From Candidatus Saganbacteria bacterium (GTDB lineage: Bacteria; Margulisbacteria; WOR-1; JAKLHX01): DNA of 32,000 nucleotides. Shown here one piece after another: positions 20,519 to 29,845 of the stretch. The stretch is taken from positions 199,291 to 231,290 of the forward strand of contig JAPLKZ010000007.1 of NCBI GenBank assembly GCA_026387835.1, in the 5' to 3' direction. Positions within the stretch are counted from its first letter, which is position 1. Each line of letters starts with the position of its first letter. A program made the translations under genes and the position numbers. The notes below the pieces were generated by a model that saw only the letters and a list, made by a program, of their open reading frames with translations, was not told the origin of the DNA and ran no database searches.

Positions 20519-23500
20519 TCAGCACATAAAGTTGTTATTACCGTTTTTGTCGGGTTCGCCGGTTATCGGATCTATTTTTTTTATTGAACCGGCACATATA
20601 GTATTACTGTCCTTGCTGTTGAGCATATCTTCTATTTTGGCCTTCAGGTCTTTTCCGATGCTGTCATTGTCCACTCTTAAGATCGCTTTCTTTACATATT
20701 CGGAATTAGATACCAACGCCAGTTGAGACAAGACGGCTATGGCATCTTTGGTCTCGAGTACTGAAAGTATATAGGCGGCCACTTCAGGCTTGAAATTCCT
20801 TAAGAATTTAGCCGTCTCCTCCGGTCCCATCCCATTAGCGATAATCTGAGAAAGGGCTACCTTGGCAGATTCTTTGGTTGCAAATGTCAATATGCTGCTC
20901 ACCGCGACCTGTTCGATCTTCGGCTTGACGATGTCTTGGTCGGCAGGATCCTTTACAGTGGCTGTCATGAACAGCTGGGAATTGATCTGATCGAACATCT
21001 TCCGCATGATCTTATCGGTCTCATCCTTTAACGCGGGAGATCCCGGAAGATTTGATATAGTGCTTACGAGATTAAGCAGCTTTGGCATCGACACATTTAT
21101 ATCCGGCTTATCAGTAAGGGTCGAGATCATGCCGATGATCTTGCTTGCGGCGATTGCCGGGTTTTCAAGTATCATTTTGGCGATATAGTCATTTGATGCG
21201 TTGCCCTCAAGAAGTTTTAGTGCTGTCTGTGCTGCCTGCTTGCACGTAATATTCGTTGAAGTGTTTTGCAGTGATTCTACGGCATTTTCAAGCTTGCTGA
21301 TCACCAATTGTTTTGTGCTTTCTTTGATATTCGATCCGGTCACCAAAGCTTTTACCTGCGTAAGCGTATCCTGCGCTTCTTCAGGCTTTGAGAAGTTCTT
21401 CTGTTTAAGTCCGTAGATGATGTTCTTTGCGTTTGCCGCGCTTGTGGGATCAAGTTTAGCCGATATGCTGTTAAGGAACTGTTCGATCGGTTTCTTCAAC
21501 GATTTTATTTGAGCCTCGGTTTCGTTGCCCGAAGCGGATATCCTTTTGGCGTTGTCTGCCCTGTTCTTTATTCCTATTGCTATCCTTAATATAGATGCGT
21601 CTTCATTATTTAATTTATTGTTTTTATCGGCATTTATCTCCGCCTCAATTTTCTTCATTTCGTTTTCATCAAATACCCCTTTGGTTTCGTTAGTAACTGA
21701 TGAAGCAGTTGAACTCCTTGATACTTGCTTGTCATCTCTGAACGTATCAGGCCTTATGGCAGCCTGCGCCTGGTTGATGACTACAGGGCTCTGTGTCGTC
21801 CTCATTATGTTCTCGGCTATCTCAACGGCTTTTACGGCCTGTTTTGTCTCCTTGGCAATAGCCATCACCTGATGCTGTTTCTGCGGCTCAAGGTTCAATA
21901 TGATCTGCGCCGCCTGCGTGGGTTCCTTATCCTTAACCGCCTGGACTATCATCTGTGTCGGCACCACATCAAGCACTTTTGCAGCTTCAGTGGCCGTCAT
22001 CTCGCCTTTGATGACCTTAGAGACCACCTGCGAGACCGCTTTCTGTACAGCCTGTTCTGCCTTGCTTACCACTACGTTGGTATTCATGTCCTTGGGCACG
22101 TCGGTCGATACCTTGGAAAGTACCGCCACCAGGTCTTTTACCGCTGCCGTGTTGTTGGCGCTTATCTCGTCATCTATTACTATTATTATCTGGTTTATTA
22201 CATCTTCTGCCTTTTTGGGATTATCCATCACCATCTGTACAACTTTATCTTCCGTTGTAGGCTTCATGTTCATTGCCTGAGGTGCATGCTGTGCTTCCTT
22301 CACAGGTGTATATGAGGTCGGCATGCTTTCAGCCTGCTTCACCTGCGGTTTATTGACTACAGGAGCGGCCTGCACGGCTGTTTTGACTTGAGGCTCTATA
22401 ACAGCCTGCGGAGCAGCTTCCATTTTCTGCGTGATCTTCTCTATCGCCTTGTCTAAGGCCACCGTGATTCTGATATTGTTCGGTACCGCTGCTTTTACTT
22501 CTTCAAGCGCTATCACTATCTGCTGCATATTCTCCGGATTCACTTTCTTTTCCGAATGTTCTATGACAGCAGGGATCATTCTTGCCACTTTGTCGATCAT
22601 GTTGGGCTTGCTTGTTATAGCCCGCACAACATCTTCCACCGGCTTGTTGTTGACTATATCGTTCACCGCTTTCTGTGCCGCATCTTTTGCCCTTACGTTG
22701 ACAGAGGTATTGTCCACTGCTTCCATGGCCTGCGTCAGCTTTTGTGCTATGACCTCTTTCACTTTTTCGTTGATCTTTGCACCGTTTGCCATGTCCTTCA
22801 CCTGAGATATGAACCTCGCCACTTTTTCCGTGTTCGTGAAGTCGGCTTTCTTTATCTCTGAGCTCATGTCCTTTGCTTTTTTGGCCTCTGTTTGCGGCAG
22901 CTTCTCCGCTATCTGTGTCAGGAGCTGTTCCATTGGCTTCTTTAAGGCATTGAGCTGCGTCGCGGGGTCAACGGCTTTTTGGGATGCCTCTTTAGCGGCT
23001 AGAGCCCCGTTCTTTATGACGATGACTGTGGATACTATCCTTGTATCCGCCTTGCTGGCCTTGGACAAACTCTTCATATTGCTCATCTCCGCCCTTATCA
23101 TATCTGTTTCTAACCTTGTGAACTCCTCATCAGTAGAGACCTCTTTGGACGCTTCAGTTGTCGGGGCTTGTTCTACCTGCCTGGGATTCCTGAATGAATC
23201 CTGCATTATGATTGGCTGAGCCTGGATGCCGGCTGGAGATACCTGGTTCCTCCTGGTGTTCTCGGCTATAACTACAGCTTTGATAGCTTGTTGTTTCTCA
23301 TTGGCCATAGCGATCACCTGATGCCGTTTTCCAGGTTCAAGATTGACTATCACCATAGCCGCTGCCTCAGGACTCGCCTTTGCCATGGCTCTCACTGTCA
23401 CTTCAGCAGGAACGTTGTTAAGCGCTGTGGCCGCTTCTTCAGGAGTTATCTTGCCTTCGGCGACCTTTGAGATAACCAGCGAAACGGCTTTCTGTACCTC

Positions 23501-26500
23501 CTCCTGTACTTGCGGTCTGGTAACTGCAGGTGCGGGGTGTTTAGTTGTTTCGACCTGCGGCTGTTGTATGATCGCCTGCGGTGCGGTTTTCATATTTTGA
23601 ATGATCTTTTCTATCGCTTTGTCTATGGCTACGGATACGGGGATGTTCCTCGGATCGGATGTTTTTACTTGTTCAAGGGCGATCACTATCTGCTGGACGT
23701 TCTCAGGCTTTACCGGCTTTTCAGACTGCTCTATGACGATCGGGATCATCCTTGCCATTTTGTCTATCATATTTGGCTTGCTTCTTATTGCCTGTACCAC
23801 CTGGTCCACCGGCATGTTTCTGACTATATTGGCAACTACCTTGATGGCTACCTCTTTTGCCTTTACATTGTCGGAGGTGTTCTCTACAGCTTCCTTGGCC
23901 CGCGTCAGCTTTTGTGCAATTACTTCTTTTACCTTGTCATTGACCTGGGCCTTGCTTGCCAGGTCCTTTATACGATCCATGAAATTAACAACATCTTCGG
24001 TATTAGTGAAACTGGCTCCCTTTATCTCCGAGATCATTTCCTTTGCTTTTTTGGCCTCAGTCGGCTGTAGCTTTGCCGCTATCTGTGTCAGAAGCTGTTC
24101 CATAGGCTTCTTTAATGCATTGAGCTGCGTCGTGGTATCAAGTGCGTTCAGTGATGCCCGCTCAGCGACTTCAGCGCTCCTCTTTATCCTGACGGCTGCG
24201 GATAACATCATCATCTCAGCCTTGTTGGCTTTGGGTGCGGTCGCGTTGTTCACTTCCGTTTGTACTTGGGTTATCTCTGCTGCTAAGGTTATATCTTCTA
24301 GCATAGTGGCACTGGACATTGCAACTGTTGAAGCTCTTGGTGTTTGCACGGTGTCATTGGATCTATCCGATCTTGCGGCAGCCGGTGTCTGGTTGACGGC
24401 CGGCGTCATCAGTTTGCTCATGATCCTCTCGGCTATCTCCGCCGCTCTGACGGCTTGGTTTGTATCCTTGGCCACGGTGATCACCTGCTGTTGTTTCTGC
24501 GGTTCAAGCCTTATTATGATCATTGCCGCCTGCGATGGCTCCATATCTTTAACTGCGGGCACTATCATCTGCGCGGGCAGCACTTCAAGCATCTTTGCCG
24601 CTTCTGAGGCCGATATCTCGCTCGTCGAGACTTTAGCCACTATCTTGGAGGCCATATTTTGCGCGTTTTTTGCAGCCATCTCGAGCACGGACACGGATTC
24701 TTTCTCCGATCGGGTCATTGATACTGGCGTTCTATCTATGATCGTGCTGAGGACCGACAATAGTTCGCTGGCACTTGTGACATTGTTGGCCTTGACCGCC
24801 TTGTCGGTGGCTGTGGTGATCTGGTTGACCTTGTCTTTTGCTTCCTCGGGCTTTACGATCGCTAACGTCATTACTTCGTTCTGCAGGCTTTGTTTTACAT
24901 TGATCGCTTCACTTCTGACTGCAGGTTTGCTCACAGGTCTTGATGCTGGCTGCGGTTTTTCCACCCTTGTGGCAATATCTGTTAAAATGTCATCGATTAT
25001 TTTATCGACCGCACTTTTGATATTTTCAACATTGGAACGTGTTATTTTTGCGTATTCTGCTGCTGTTTTGTTATACTGCTCTTCCGGGACGATAAGCTTG
25101 ATCAAGGCCAGATTGTTTAATGCATTCGGCATCGTGGAAAGCGCGGATGCTGATAAAGCCTCGCGTATGATATCATTGACGCTGCGAGTTGTCTTTGTTC
25201 TGTCTGCTGGCTTTATCTGCACTTCAGGAGAGACGGTTTGATCTTTGCTCGACGTTAATAATGATATGACATTTGGCGGATGCTGCACCAAGTCCCTCGC
25301 CTTGAGTATTTGAGACTCTTTGGCATTCATTATTCTCTTGGTGAATGCATCGGCGACCTTTTGAAAGTTTGCGGAATCGGTCTTGTAAAGCTTTGCCAAG
25401 GCCTGCCCCTCTGATTTCAGAAAATTGTTTTGCATCTCAAGCTTTTCGCTGGCGCTGGCCTTGCTGAATTTATCCAGGAATTCTTGAGGCATTGTGAGGG
25501 TATTTGTTTTTGTGTCAAATTGCGGTAGTTTCCCTGTGTCCGTGCCCACGACTACGTTGATCTGTTCTTTAGATCCCGAGTTGACATAGAGACTGGCCAT
25601 TTCGTCCCTTCCCGGCTTTTGTATGGAGCCGGCAATTTTGTAAAATTTATCGATATTGGCCTGGGTCAAGTTGTCCGTATTGTACCCTAATTGTTTCAGG
25701 TTATTTTTCGCATCTGCCAATAAGTTCTGGTCCACGGTCTTTCCGTCAGCCTTGTATATGCCCTTAGCGGCGCTCTCCATCGGGTCGTACTTGCCGATGT
25801 TGTTGACGATGCTCATTATCATTTCCTTTATCAGGCCGCTCAGGGTCATTTTCTCATCGAGTTCCCTTAAGAACTGCTGGTAAAAGGCTTCAGCGTCGAA
25901 CATCGCTGTTGACGCGTCCACCTGGGCCTGAAGCTGCAGCTGTTCCGTCATGGCGAAGACGTTTGGTTTTGCGGCCGCGCCGCCGCCGGCTTTGCCTGCG
26001 CCTCCCGCGGCATTGGCTGAACCTCCGGCACTGTCTATATTTAAATTCTTTCCTTCTTTTTTCTTTGCATTGCCCTTGTTTATTGCGTTTGCTATCATCT
26101 TTGCCAGGTTATCGCTGAATAATACAGCGACAAGTGCCTTTGCAACATAGGAAGCGGCTCTACCGCCCATTGCCGGGGTAAGCAGCTTCTGGGCCCAGGT
26201 CGATACAGCGGTGTTCGAGTTTGTCATATTCATGAACCTGTCTTTTCCTTTAAAAAATGAGGATAAATTTGAAAGAGGGCCGCCGCCGTTAGAATTAAAA
26301 AGATGTGAGGCTTTCTTCGCTGCTTCTTGTTTTTCTCTTGCTTCCTTTTGCGCATCAGTTTCTTGTTTGTTAGCATTTTGAGGTTTTTCTGATTGATTTG
26401 GTTGTGTGGATTGACTTTCTGATGTGCCTGATGTGCCTGATGTGCCTGTTGTACCTTCGCCGCCGAATTCTAAACCACCGTCTACCGGGTAAGTCCCGTC

Positions 26501-29500
26501 TGCGCTTCCCTCTTTCTCTTGAACTTGTGTTTTACCGGAAGTATCCGCATTTTTTGCCGGGTCATTTTTCACTTCTTTCGCAGCATCTTTAGAAGGCAAA
26601 CCTTCTGCATTTTCCATTGTATTTGATCCGGGAGTAGTTGTACCTTCGGTACCTCCGGTGGTGACATTACCGCCGGCATCGGCACCTCCCGCGTCGGCAG
26701 CTCCAACGCATGCCGCGACGATCGAGATGACCGCCTTGACTATCGATATGATGAACATGATGTTCGCCATAACGAGTGCTTTCTCGGCATCCCTGATCTG
26801 GTTCATCCTGTCCACGTAGGTATGGAGTGTGTCGAACAGCTGCTGCAGCGCTGTGGTCGAGACTTCCTTGCTCGCTTGAATGCCCATCAGCGTATAATCC
26901 TGGGCATCCAGCGCTATGCCGCCCACGGACCTGAGCACCATGTTCCTTATTCTCCTCTGAGAGTCCATTACTTCCTGTGAAGCTGTCGCGGCGTTATAGG
27001 CCATGTCTATCTCTCTTCTCATGATATAGAAATTGCTTTGGTTCAACCCCACGTAGCCGTCGCTCGTGCTGACGATCAGGTCTTCCGTTGCCTGGGAAAG
27101 GATCTCTTTTAATGATTGATAGAGTTTGTCGAAACGGCCCTGGTCTTTTTGTTTGTCGATGATCTTCAGGACCTCGTCAAGGATATTTGTTTTATACCTG
27201 TCGAGGTCGCCGTACCCGGAATTTTTGTCTTCCTCGGCGCACTTTTTGTTATAGTAAGCCTGCATTATGACGATGGCCGCGATGATGACGGCGGCAACGA
27301 TCGCCCCGACGCCGGTGCAGGCCAGCACTGCGGCGACGATCTCCATTATAATCTTCACTGCCGAGAACCAGAGATTGGTCATTGCCCGGTCAAGCTGCTT
27401 TTCCCACTGTGTCCGTGCGTTATGCGCGCTTATGTTCTCCCGGACCAGTTCCGTCTTCAGTTGAAGTGCCTGCATATATCTTGCGTTCATGGACTTCAGG
27501 CCGTTCGATATGGTCTGGAAATGTCTTGCCGTCCATCCGATTCTTCCCATCAGCTGGAGCATAAGGTCGATGATCTCTTGTCCGGTGGTCTCTATCTGCA
27601 TCATCCCCAGTCCGAGCATAAAAAGCTGCGACATCTCATCGGATAATGCGGTGATCTGTGCCGCGTCGTTCCCCCACATGTCGTCGCCCACGTTTATATG
27701 GGACCCGGTAGTCAGCTGGTCGACAAGGCCTCTGTACTGCGTGGCGATATCGCTGATCGCATCCGCGACCATATTGCCGGTGATGCGTCTTTCTGTTTTA
27801 TTGTCGTAAAATTTATCATCTTCATGATAAAGTTCCGGCTTTTCGTGTTCCAGCAGGTACATAATGTTATAAATTCCATCAAAAAGACCTTGTCCCATCA
27901 TACCGCCTATGATGAAGCCGAGCATATTTGCGAAAAAGCTCCCGATTATTTTTTCTTTTTCAAGTTCCCATTCTCTTTCCTTGTTGTTTTCCTCGACCTC
28001 GTCCCTGAGGCTCTGCATGACGAGGGAAAAAGCCACCTTCATGTCGTCCTCTAAGGTTACTAACGAATCCTCGACTGCCGGAAGCTCTTCGCCCAGCGGG
28101 TTTTGTCCTGTGGCCGCGTAAAGGGCGATCATCACGAGGCGCGCTTTTGATTCCATCACCAGCATATACGCTTTTCTTAAGTTGTCGATGCTCTCGAGCT
28201 TGTCGCCTATACTGTTCAGATATTCTTCGTTCAAAGCTTTGAACCCGTCGCCGACCCCTATTATGCCCCCGTTATAAGCGGTCATGATAAGATCGTTTTC
28301 TTCTTTGTCCAGCTGGTCGAGGATGTTATTGCATATCGACTTCATCGAGATGCCCCACAGGTTCAATGCTTCCTCGACATTGTCGAAATTGATCCTTGTC
28401 GGTGTATACTGGAAATCCTCGATGGTCAACAGATATATGACATCGGTAATTTTTTCCACAAAACTGGCGACAAAAAAAAGTGCGGGGCAGAACAAGCAGA
28501 TGCCGAATGCCGTCCACATCGAGTCCAGCATTTCTTTTGCTTTTTCATGTTCCCACACTGAATAGGCGTATTTGTTGCGCGCCTCTATCTCCAGTTGCAG
28601 CTGGTTTATGTTGGCCAGCAATAATGTTCTTTCGCCGTCCGTGGTGTATTTGAGATAATCAAAGACCATGTTCCATCTTGATGAGTCGGAGGTTATCCCC
28701 GACATTATCTCGATCATCATGGATTTGAGCTTTTCTTTCACGGAGAGCGACATGTAATAGGCTTTTCTCAGGTCGTTGATTATCGTTTGTCCGTGGAGTA
28801 TGGCGTATGCCAGGTCTTTGTTCAGGTCGTAATAACTATTCCCGTAGCCGTTATCGCCGGCTGCTGCCATCAGATACTGGCGGTTGGCCTCGTCCAGATA
28901 ATTCAGTTCGAGTTTGACGAACGGGTCGGCGGTCCTCCTCTTTCTTTCTTCGATCACCACGTCGAGGAAGCCTTTAAGAGTGTCCGTCAGACTGGCCTGC
29001 ACGTCCTTAAATGCTCTATCGATCGCTTCTTTTGCCGCGGTGTATTTTTCCTCGTACTCTCTGTGCGTCGCGTCGAGTCCGATGAAATCAAGAAGTGAAT
29101 TGATACAGCTGGAGGACCCGCCTTGTGCGGAAGCTTGCGCGCCCAGCATTTTTCTGTCATATTCCGCGTTGTTTTTATCATGTATGTAGTTCATCGTGTT
29201 GGTAAATATGAACTTTGGCCCCTGCATATCATGCCTGAAGCCTTTATTTATGATCTCAGTGTATTTGACGTCCCTGGAAGAGGCCTCCTTAGGCCCTTTA
29301 AAAAGCTGGAGAATGTAGCCCTTGATGTTTTCCTTAGTTTCGCCGATCATCGCGATACCGAGAAGCAGCGACCATAATTCCTGCAGCTTGTAATAATAGT
29401 CTTTGAATTTCGGATCAAGCGTGATATAACCGTCGCCGTAATCTGTTGTCCATGTCGATGAGGAATTCCCCGCCAGAAGTATGTCCAGGGTTTGCTTGAT

Positions 29501-29842
29501 CTCCGCTCCGAGCCCTTCTACCGCCTGTGCTACCGCGTCCGGTTCTGCAACCTGATAATTATAATTGACGGGTGTTATCGCGGTGCTTTCGTTATCATAG
29601 GTTAAAGGCTGGTTCACGACATAGTTGCCCTGAGTATCAACAGTGTCAAGTTGTTCGGCATCGAAAACAGTTGCGTTGCTGTCTGTGTTGTCTGATGGAG
29701 TTGATACACCGTCAGCTGATGTGTTTGCCATTAAAGCATCAAAGGTTGATACAGTTGTGGAATAATTGACCTGACCCGTGATATTGGCATTCACGTCAGT
29801 GCGGGTTGTCTGATCAGGAATATCTATAGTTGTAGTGCTCAT
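20519..29842 (-). CDS. giant (3107 aa) multi-pass membrane / long-tandem-repeat protein of unknown function
   Basis: It is a single 9324-nt ORF with no internal stop. Hydrophobic TM-like segments are at about aa 441-461, 632-655, 823-862 (double length) and 1022-1048. G/T/S/A/K/E-rich low-complexity linkers span about aa 1048-1300. Long tandem repeats span aa 1724-3107. There is no N-terminal signal-peptide-like segment and no SD upstream of the ATG. I recognised no catalytic motif. Confidence 0.85.
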   Translation of the reverse strand: MSTTTIDIPDQTTRTDVNANITGQVNYSTTVSTFDALMANTSADGVSTPSDNTDSNATVFDAEQLDTVDTQGNYVVNQPLTYDNESTAITPVNYNYQVAEPDAVAQAVEGLGAEIKQTLDILLAGNSSSTWTTDYGDGYITLDPKFKDYYYKLQELWSLLLGIAMIGETKENIKGYILQLFKGPKEASSRDVKYTEIINKGFRHDMQGPKFIFTNTMNYIHDKNNAEYDRKMLGAQASAQGGSSSCINSLLDFIGLDATHREYEEKYTAAKEAIDRAFKDVQASLTDTLKGFLDVVIEERKRRTADPFVKLELNYLDEANRQYLMAAAGDNGYGNSYYDLNKDLAYAILHGQTIINDLRKAYYMSLSVKEKLKSMMIEIMSGITSDSSRWNMVFDYLKYTTDGERTLLLANINQLQLEIEARNKYAYSVWEHEKAKEMLDSMWTAFGICLFCPALFFVASFVEKITDVIYLLTIEDFQYTPTRINFDNVEEALNLWGISMKSICNNILDQLDKEENDLIMTAYNGGIIGVGDGFKALNEEYLNSIGDKLESIDNLRKAYMLVMESKARLVMIALYAATGQNPLGEELPAVEDSLVTLEDDMKVAFSLVMQSLRDEVEENNKEREWELEKEKIIGSFFANMLGFIIGGMMGQGLFDGIYNIMYLLEHEKPELYHEDDKFYDNKTERRITGNMVADAISDIATQYRGLVDQLTTGSHINVGDDMWGNDAAQITALSDEMSQLFMLGLGMMQIETTGQEIIDLMLQLMGRIGWTARHFQTISNGLKSMNARYMQALQLKTELVRENISAHNARTQWEKQLDRAMTNLWFSAVKIIMEIVAAVLACTGVGAIVAAVIIAAIVIMQAYYNKKCAEEDKNSGYGDLDRYKTNILDEVLKIIDKQKDQGRFDKLYQSLKEILSQATEDLIVSTSDGYVGLNQSNFYIMRREIDMAYNAATASQEVMDSQRRIRNMVLRSVGGIALDAQDYTLMGIQASKEVSTTALQQLFDTLHTYVDRMNQIRDAEKALVMANIMFIISIVKAVISIVAACVGAADAGGADAGGNVTTGGTEGTTTPGSNTMENAEGLPSKDAAKEVKNDPAKNADTSGKTQVQEKEGSADGTYPVDGGLEFGGEGTTGTSGTSGTSESQSTQPNQSEKPQNANKQETDAQKEAREKQEAAKKASHLFNSNGGGPLSNLSSFFKGKDRFMNMTNSNTAVSTWAQKLLTPAMGGRAASYVAKALVAVLFSDNLAKMIANAINKGNAKKKEGKNLNIDSAGGSANAAGGAGKAGGGAAAKPNVFAMTEQLQLQAQVDASTAMFDAEAFYQQFLRELDEKMTLSGLIKEMIMSIVNNIGKYDPMESAAKGIYKADGKTVDQNLLADAKNNLKQLGYNTDNLTQANIDKFYKIAGSIQKPGRDEMASLYVNSGSKEQINVVVGTDTGKLPQFDTKTNTLTMPQEFLDKFSKASASEKLEMQNNFLKSEGQALAKLYKTDSANFQKVADAFTKRIMNAKESQILKARDLVQHPPNVISLLTSSKDQTVSPEVQIKPADRTKTTRSVNDIIREALSASALSTMPNALNNLALIKLIVPEEQYNKTAAEYAKITRSNVENIKSAVDKIIDDILTDIATRVEKPQPASRPVSKPAVRSEAINVKQSLQNEVMTLAIVKPEEAKDKVNQITTATDKAVKANNVTSASELLSVLSTIIDRTPVSMTRSEKESVSVLEMAAKNAQNMASKIVAKVSTSEISASEAAKMLEVLPAQMIVPAVKDMEPSQAAMIIIRLEPQKQQQVITVAKDTNQAVRAAEIAERIMSKLMTPAVNQTPAAARSDRSNDTVQTPRASTVAMSSATMLEDITLAAEITQVQTEVNNATAPKANKAEMMMLSAAVRIKRSAEVAERASLNALDTTTQLNALKKPMEQLLTQIAAKLQPTEAKKAKEMISEIKGASFTNTEDVVNFMDRIKDLASKAQVNDKVKEVIAQKLTRAKEAVENTSDNVKAKEVAIKVVANIVRNMPVDQVVQAIRSKPNMIDKMARMIPIVIEQSEKPVKPENVQQIVIALEQVKTSDPRNIPVSVAIDKAIEKIIQNMKTAPQAIIQQPQVETTKHPAPAVTRPQVQEEVQKAVSLVISKVAEGKITPEEAATALNNVPAEVTVRAMAKASPEAAAMVIVNLEPGKRHQVIAMANEKQQAIKAVVIAENTRRNQVSPAGIQAQPIIMQDSFRNPRQVEQAPTTEASKEVSTDEEFTRLETDMIRAEMSNMKSLSKASKADTRIVSTVIVIKNGALAAKEASQKAVDPATQLNALKKPMEQLLTQIAEKLPQTEAKKAKDMSSEIKKADFTNTEKVARFISQVKDMANGAKINEKVKEVIAQKLTQAMEAVDNTSVNVRAKDAAQKAVNDIVNNKPVEDVVRAITSKPNMIDKVARMIPAVIEHSEKKVNPENMQQIVIALEEVKAAVPNNIRITVALDKAIEKITQKMEAAPQAVIEPQVKTAVQAAPVVNKPQVKQAESMPTSYTPVKEAQHAPQAMNMKPTTEDKVVQMVMDNPKKAEDVINQIIIVIDDEISANNTAAVKDLVAVLSKVSTDVPKDMNTNVVVSKAEQAVQKAVSQVVSKVIKGEMTATEAAKVLDVVPTQMIVQAVKDKEPTQAAQIILNLEPQKQHQVMAIAKETKQAVKAVEIAENIMRTTQSPVVINQAQAAIRPDTFRDDKQVSRSSTASSVTNETKGVFDENEMKKIEAEINADKNNKLNNEDASILRIAIGIKNRADNAKRISASGNETEAQIKSLKKPIEQFLNSISAKLDPTSAANAKNIIYGLKQKNFSKPEEAQDTLTQVKALVTGSNIKESTKQLVISKLENAVESLQNTSTNITCKQAAQTALKLLEGNASNDYIAKMILENPAIAASKIIGMISTLTDKPDINVSMPKLLNLVSTISNLPGSPALKDETDKIMRKMFDQINSQLFMTATVKDPADQDIVKPKIEQVAVSSILTFATKESAKVALSQIIANGMGPEETAKFLRNFKPEVAAYILSVLETKDAIAVLSQLALVSNSEYVKKAILRVDNDSIGKDLKAKIEDMLNSKDSNTICAGSIKKIDPITGEPDKNGNNNFMC
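20522..24673 (-). repeat. about 3.3 in-frame long tandem repeats (units ~389, ~482, ~396 and a truncated ~117 aa) forming the C-terminal 45% of the giant protein
   Basis: Unit boundaries from repeated landmarks are 23507-24673, 22061-23506, 20873-22060 and 20522-20872. Landmarks include EAAKMLEVLPAQMIVPAVKDMEPSQAAMIIIRLEPQKQQQV (aa 1747), EAATALNNVPAEVTVRAMAKASPEAAAMVIVNLEPGKRHQV (2135), EAAKVLDVVPTQMIVQAVKDKEPTQAAQIILNLEPQKQHQV (2619) and ETAKFLRNFKPEVAAYILSVLETKDAIAVLSQL (3009). TQLNALKKPMEQLLTQIA is identical at aa 1905 and 2295, a period of 390 aa or 1170 nt. The antisense shadow ORFs at 22431 and 23601 also start with the same peptide, MIFSIALS. Confidence 0.85.
26421..26447 (-). repeat. 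perfect 9-nt x3 tandem repeat (gatgtgcct) encoding GTSGTSGTS in a low-complexity linker of the giant protein
   Basis: Read directly: gatgtgcct occurs at 26421-26429, 26430-26438 and 26439-26447. It is in frame, so copy-number change would only alter linker length. Confidence 0.8.
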
Positions 29843-29845
29843 ATA

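Noticed and set aside
20522-24673. The long repeats could be a CRISPR array, an IS or MITE cluster, or a mobile element.
   Set aside because: The units are 1.2-1.4 kb, in frame, and encode conserved protein sequence within one ORF. There are no short direct repeats with unique spacers and no terminal inverted repeats. No transposase, integrase or cas genes occur anywhere in the window.
23601-25241. Long plus-strand ORFs lie antisense to the giant gene (546 aa at 23601, 186 aa at 23510, 196 aa at 21725, 176 aa at 27116 and others).
   Set aside because: They are shadow ORFs of a K/E/A/Q-rich gene. Their composition is S/F/I/L/C-rich and low in complexity, they have no SD, and their repetition (22431 and 23601 start with the same peptide) only mirrors the sense-strand repeats.
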